NCBI GenBank assembly: GCA_048941265.1
Contig: JBHLNT010000132.1
Coordinates: 1 to 11,430, forward strand
Source of the DNA: Promethearchaeota archaeon
Lineage (GTDB): Archaea; Asgardarchaeota; Lokiarchaeia; Sigyniarchaeales; SOKP01
Direction of reading: 5' to 3'
Length of the DNA stretch: 11,430 bases
Below the pieces are notes generated by a model. The model did no database searches. It was given only the letters and a program-made list of their open reading frames with translations, and was not told where the DNA came from. Both the position numbers and the translations under genes were made by a program. This document shows positions 7,538 to 11,430 of the stretch, piece after piece. Positions within the stretch are counted from its first letter, which is position 1. The number at the start of each line of letters is the position of its first letter.

Positions 7538-7687
7538 AAAATCTTGTTAATAATATCTTTCATAAGTATATTTTATGATTTTAAAAATATTTTTCTAAGG
7601 GATTTGTCTAGTATAGATGAATAAAGATTTAAATATCAAAATCGTGTTAATGACTTTAGGGAAATAATTAATAATATAGAGGGAATA

Positions 7688-7963
7688 ATGGTTTTGTTAC
7701 AATCTTTTGACATTTTGAACTCAATATTACAGATTTTATGCTCCCGAACATCAATGAAGTCTGAAAATACTAAAGTTCGGTTAAAAGGAAAATTTCTATT
7801 TGTAGCCTTTTTTTTATTTTTAGCAGGTGCTATCTCAGATACAATATTCTTGAGAGATATTCTTACATTATTAATCACTCGAATTATACTGATATCCGCA
7901 TCCATCTTCTTTTATTTCGGATTTATATTACCGAATTTTGTTAAAAAGAGGTTTGAATCTTAA
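7688..7963 (+). pseudogene. Internally deleted minigene of a Lokiarchaeia-type multi-TM (7TM-like) membrane protein; the 91-aa ORF remains open
   Basis: GAGGGA precedes ATG 7688. The C-terminal SMKSENTKVRLKGKFLFVAF...RIILISASIFFYFGFILPNFVKK matches my recollection of the last two helices of a family of ~220-aa Loki proteins, and only a short N-terminal stub precedes it. T8 follows at 7983-7990. Confidence 0.55.
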
Positions 7964-8039
7964 TTTTATCTAAACCTTAATCTTTTTTTTGATATTATCT
8001 TTTAATTAAGTATATTAATTTCGTGGAGTATATAGAAAT

Positions 8040-8852
8040 ATGTCAAATCGAATTGGATTGCTAAGATTAGATTATACTTTTAGCGTGATAATTCCTATGC
8101 TTATAGCTATATATTTAAATCGCCTTAATCCTTTTCGACACATAGATATCCTTATCGGATTCGTTTTTTTAGCCATCACAGGTAATACTTGGAATGATGT
8201 CATAGATATGAAAGATCCGACTGAAGTGGAAACTCTAAAAAGGGTCGAAGGGTATCATCCTCGAGAGATCTTTACAATAGGATTTATAAGCTTCTTTTTA
8301 GGTATTACTTTATTATTGCGAACGTGTATTCAACATTTCATTAATGCTGTTTTTCTAGTCATAATCATTATTAGTGTTCTCATATATTGTAAATGGATAA
8401 AACCCATTCCTTTTGTAAACCACCTATTATTAGGTGTCTCTCACATGCTCTTACCCTACTTTATGATTAAAGTTGACGCGGGATTACCTTTATTAGATTT
8501 TGAAAATGAGGGACCGTTAGTTTTTGCGTTTATTGCATTCGCCCTTACAGGCCAATTCGTACATGAAGTTATTGATGGTGATGCTTTAGTGAAACGTTTC
8601 AGTCTACGCACATGTCAGCTATTAATCTGGATATTTTCAATTATATCATTAATTTTAGCGATATGGGCATTTGTTATTATTCCACATTTTTATTTCATTC
8701 CATTTGTCTTCTTTCCAATTGGTACGATGTATACATTTAGGAGGCCTACTAAGTCAACACAGGGAGTGAAAGATGTTGGAATATTAATTGGTAATTTCAT
8801 CCTGGTTTATTTTATTTGTTTAATCATCCTACAGATGGAAAGAGTTATTTAA
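8040..8852 (+). CDS. UbiA prenyltransferase family membrane protein
   Basis: N-terminal LLRL, first Asp-rich motif NTWNDVIDMKD, YCKWIKP (Y-x-x-x-K) and second acidic motif HEVIDGD, with about 9 TM helices. GGAG lies upstream. Confidence 0.82.
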   Translation: MSNRIGLLRLDYTFSVIIPMLIAIYLNRLNPFRHIDILIGFVFLAITGNTWNDVIDMKDPTEVETLKRVEGYHPREIFTIGFISFFLGITLLLRTCIQHFINAVFLVIIIISVLIYCKWIKPIPFVNHLLLGVSHMLLPYFMIKVDAGLPLLDFENEGPLVFAFIAFALTGQFVHEVIDGDALVKRFSLRTCQLLIWIFSIISLILAIWAFVIIPHFYFIPFVFFPIGTMYTFRRPTKSTQGVKDVGILIGNFILVYFICLIILQMERVI

Positions 8853-8882
8853 AATCATTTAATTAGGAAAGATTATTTTATC

Positions 8883-10247
8883 ATGACTGAAAATAAAAGA
8901 ATTCCTGCTTTTAAGAAAAATTCATGCAATTTATGTGGACTATGTCTTAATAAGTGTCCAGTCATGCATTTACCGATTGATACAGCAAGAGAAGAAATAA
9001 AGAATCTTATTGAAGGAAAAGAATCAAACTATGCACTCTCAAAATGTAATAGCTGTGTATCATGTAATTTATTTTGTTCAGAAGAAGCAAATCCATATCA
9101 ATTAATTCTTGAAAGATGGAATGATTTGTATAAAAAGAGAGGAGCGCCTCCATTATATAAATTTATCTGCCCTACTGAAACTCCGAACATTTGGCAGCTT
9201 CTCAATGTATTTCTTTCAAACACAGAAAGAAATTGGATTAATGAATGGATGAATTATTTACCCGAATCAGATGATACGATTTTTTTAGTCGGTAATTATG
9301 CCCATTTATTTCCATTTATATTCGGGGGTAGTAAATTATTAAACTATTTCAAACCTATTGATCTAATTGACCATTGGGAAGCCGGAGCATATTTATATCA
9401 GGGAGGATATTTGGATTTAGTGCGAAAAATTGCGTTAAAAACAAAAGAAGATCTCGATAAATGGGGTATGAAAAATGTAATTATCCCTACAGATGCAGTT
9501 CATATTCAATTTTCATTAGTGCATCCGAATGAAATGGGAGTTAAACATGATCAAAACTTTATTAATTTCCATGAATGGCTTGTAAACAATATTTATTCTG
9601 GAAAAATACCTACGCCCCGAGCTCCCTTAAACCTTTCCGTAACTATTCATGATAATTGTTATTCAAAATTTCAGAAAGGCAAATTTTGGGAAGCTCCAAG
9701 GGAAATTCTAAAAAAATGTGGTTGCAGGCTCATTGAAATGAAACATATTAAAAAAGATTCCTTATGCTGTGGATTTGGAGCAGGAGCATCTTGGGTAAAA
9801 AATATCTCTCTACCATTTGATATAATCTATGAAGGATCCAAAAAGTTTAAGGAAGCTGAAGCGACGGGAGCTAAAGCCTTAGTTTCTTATTGTAGTGGGT
9901 GTCTTTATCTTTTATGGGCAACAAAGGAACTTTTAGGAAGCAAACTAGATATTTTTCATATAGTTGAAATAGTGCGTATGGCAATGGGAGAAGAAATACC
10001 TTATCCAGAAGCCCATATAAGCCGTGCATGGGATGTAATCGCGATTATAACATATCAACTCTTAATCTCTACTTTTCAAAATAATTTTTTCATTAAACGT
10101 TTAACTTATGATAAAAATAGAAGTACATTCAGTCCAAAAAATTATAGATTGCTCAAATTATTGAGATATTTATTTGAGATTCCCTTCTTCAGGAAATTTT
10201 ATGCTAAGTTATTTAGAATGCAAATGCCCTTAATGAAAACTCGCTAA
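8883..10247 (+). CDS. Fe-S oxidoreductase, HdrD/GlpC-like (4Fe-4S dicluster + CCG domain)
   Basis: CNLCGLCLNKCP and CNSCVSCNLFC ferredoxin motifs, plus a C-terminal CCG domain TIHDNCY...CCGFGAG...YCSGC. Confidence 0.9.
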   Translation: MTENKRIPAFKKNSCNLCGLCLNKCPVMHLPIDTAREEIKNLIEGKESNYALSKCNSCVSCNLFCSEEANPYQLILERWNDLYKKRGAPPLYKFICPTETPNIWQLLNVFLSNTERNWINEWMNYLPESDDTIFLVGNYAHLFPFIFGGSKLLNYFKPIDLIDHWEAGAYLYQGGYLDLVRKIALKTKEDLDKWGMKNVIIPTDAVHIQFSLVHPNEMGVKHDQNFINFHEWLVNNIYSGKIPTPRAPLNLSVTIHDNCYSKFQKGKFWEAPREILKKCGCRLIEMKHIKKDSLCCGFGAGASWVKNISLPFDIIYEGSKKFKEAEATGAKALVSYCSGCLYLLWATKELLGSKLDIFHIVEIVRMAMGEEIPYPEAHISRAWDVIAIITYQLLISTFQNNFFIKRLTYDKNRSTFSPKNYRLLKLLRYLFEIPFFRKFYAKLFRMQMPLMKTR

Positions 10248-10276
10248 TATATTCAAATAAAAACTCGTCTAATATT

Positions 10277-10290
10277 AAAACTTTATAAAT
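10277..10290 (+). promoter_or_regulatory. Probable BRE-TATA promoter for the 76-aa gene
   Basis: AAAACTTTATAAAT about 85 nt before ATG 10374. An SD-like AGGTAA lies 7 nt before the ATG. Confidence 0.4.
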
Positions 10291-10373
10291 TTTAAAATCT
10301 AAATTTTAGTAAATATAAATAAAAATTAGAGTTATTTTTCAAAATACCAGATCTCAGAGAAGGTAATTATAAA

Positions 10374-10604
10374 ATGGTAAATATGGAAGATCTAAAAAAA
10401 CTTTTAGACGATTATATGTTAGAATCTGACATTCCATTCGGCGAACTGAAACCTTACATTTTAAATGAGTTTGAGTGGAAAGTAGATCGCATGAAAAAAT
10501 TAGAATTTATTATAAGAGGTAAGGTTATTCCGGATAATATGAAAGTAAGTGATGTATTAACAACTTACTTACCGATGGAAACATTAATTGTAAAAGAGGC
10601 TTGA
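10374..10604 (+). CDS. 76-aa hypothetical protein, putative ubiquitin-like (beta-grasp) fold lacking C-terminal Gly-Gly
   Basis: Good SD and a stand-alone ORF followed by T-rich sequence. FIIRGKVIPDNMKVSD aligns without gaps to ubiquitin LIFAGKQLEDGRTLSD. The fold call is an inference. Confidence 0.75.
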   Translation: MVNMEDLKKLLDDYMLESDIPFGELKPYILNEFEWKVDRMKKLEFIIRGKVIPDNMKVSDVLTTYLPMETLIVKEA

Positions 10605-10701
10605 GCTTCGCTTTTAACGCATTTTTACGGAAAGAATATTATTTTTTAAACTTTTAAATTTTTTTAGAATGTAATACTAATTATTCTAATACTAAACTTT
10701 A

Positions 10702-10708
10702 GAGTTGA
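10702..10708 (+). promoter_or_regulatory. Shine-Dalgarno-like GAGTTGA, 5 nt before CTG 10714
   Basis: Identical to the heptamer in front of paaK copy 2. Confidence 0.5.
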
Positions 10709-10713
10709 TTATT

Positions 10714-11430
10714 CTGAGTTATGATATCATTATTAAAAACGGAAAAATAATTGATGGTGCAGGTAATCCATGGTATCGAGCTGATATCGGTATTAAAGAC
10801 GGATTTATTACCAAAATCAGTCCAATTTTGATTGAGGATGCCGATAAAATAATTGATGCTTATAATTTAGTTGTTTGTCCTGGTTTTATTGATGTGCATT
10901 CACATACAGATTACAGCCTGGTGTTAGGTTACCAATTTACCCGAGTTTCCTCATTCATACGACAAGGAATCACATCTTGTGTTATTGGTATGTGCGGAGA
11001 TGGTTTAGCCCCAATTCCTAAAGAAAGAAGAAAGGAAGCTATAGAACAAATAATGAAAATGACAGGACTAAATATGAAAATTGATCTTCCGTGGAATACT
11101 TATGAAGAATATTTAAAACAGTTGGAAAAAAATCAATGTGCAATTAATCTAGTTCCCGTAGTGGGATATAATAATATAAGACTTGCCGGAGGAGCGAGAT
11201 TCGAAAATCGGGAACCAACCAATGAAGAATTAAACAAAATGAAAGAATATCTAAGAGAAGCAATGGAAGCAGGGGCATTTGGAATGAGTACCGGACTTAT
11301 CTATGCTCCCCAGATTTATGCAAAAACTGAAGAACTAATCGAGTTAGCTAAGGTTTTAAGAGATTATAACGCGCTTTATTTTTCTCATATTAGGGGAGAA
11401 GGAAAAACGGTCATTGATGCGGTCAAGGAA
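10714..11430 (+). CDS. N-acyl-D-amino-acid deacylase (D-aminoacylase, amidohydrolase superfamily), 3'-truncated; not in ORF track. Start is CTG 10714 or TTG 10705.
   Basis: (M)SYDIIIKNGKIIDGAGNPWYRADIGIKDG..., PGFIDVHSHTD (HxH metal motif), RQGITSCVIGMCGDG, EAMEAGAFGMSTGLIYAP and YFSHIRGEG. Confidence 0.93.
   Translation, partial: MSYDIIIKNGKIIDGAGNPWYRADIGIKDGFITKISPILIEDADKIIDAYNLVVCPGFIDVHSHTDYSLVLGYQFTRVSSFIRQGITSCVIGMCGDGLAPIPKERRKEAIEQIMKMTGLNMKIDLPWNTYEEYLKQLEKNQCAINLVPVVGYNNIRLAGGARFENREPTNEELNKMKEYLREAMEAGAFGMSTGLIYAPQIYAKTEELIELAKVLRDYNALYFSHIRGEGKTVIDAVKE

Noticed and set aside
5827-7905. Minus-strand ORFs 5827..6105, 7026..7367 and 7636..7905
   Set aside because: Antisense to better-supported genes; their composition is what the reverse complement of those genes would give.
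1-11430. CRISPR array, tRNA/rRNA, IS element or integrase
   Set aside because: No regularly spaced repeats, GC-rich structured RNA segment, terminal inverted repeats or recombinase motifs were seen.

Overview
AT-rich, archaeal-style gene-dense window. It is most likely from an Asgard archaeon (Lokiarchaeia/Promethearchaeota), inferred from the Rab-like GTPase, a Loki-type membrane-protein fragment and TATA/oligo-T signals. Left to right: two tandem, divergent phenylacetate-CoA ligase (PaaK) family genes (-) flanking an unlisted 42-codon single-TM ORF (+); a class I SAM methyltransferase; a Zn-ribbon/coiled-coil protein; a TauE/SafE exporter; an Nramp-like remnant; a Rab-like small GTPase with a long coiled-coil tail, followed by a coiled-coil gene; an internally deleted membrane-protein minigene; a UbiA prenyltransferase plus an HdrD/GlpC-like Fe-S protein; a 76-aa putative ubiquitin-fold protein without di-Gly; and the 5' part of an N-acyl-D-amino-acid deacylase. 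Three observations stand out. (i) Three genes appear to start at non-canonical codons (ACG, ATA, CTG) 5-6 nt behind a GAGTTGA/GGGTGA Shine-Dalgarno motif. (ii) The GTPase/coiled-coil pair and the Ubl are candidate eukaryote-like modules. (iii) Three membrane-protein genes have collapsed by deletion. No rRNA, tRNA, CRISPR or transposase was seen. All family calls rest on motif recognition by eye; no searches were run.
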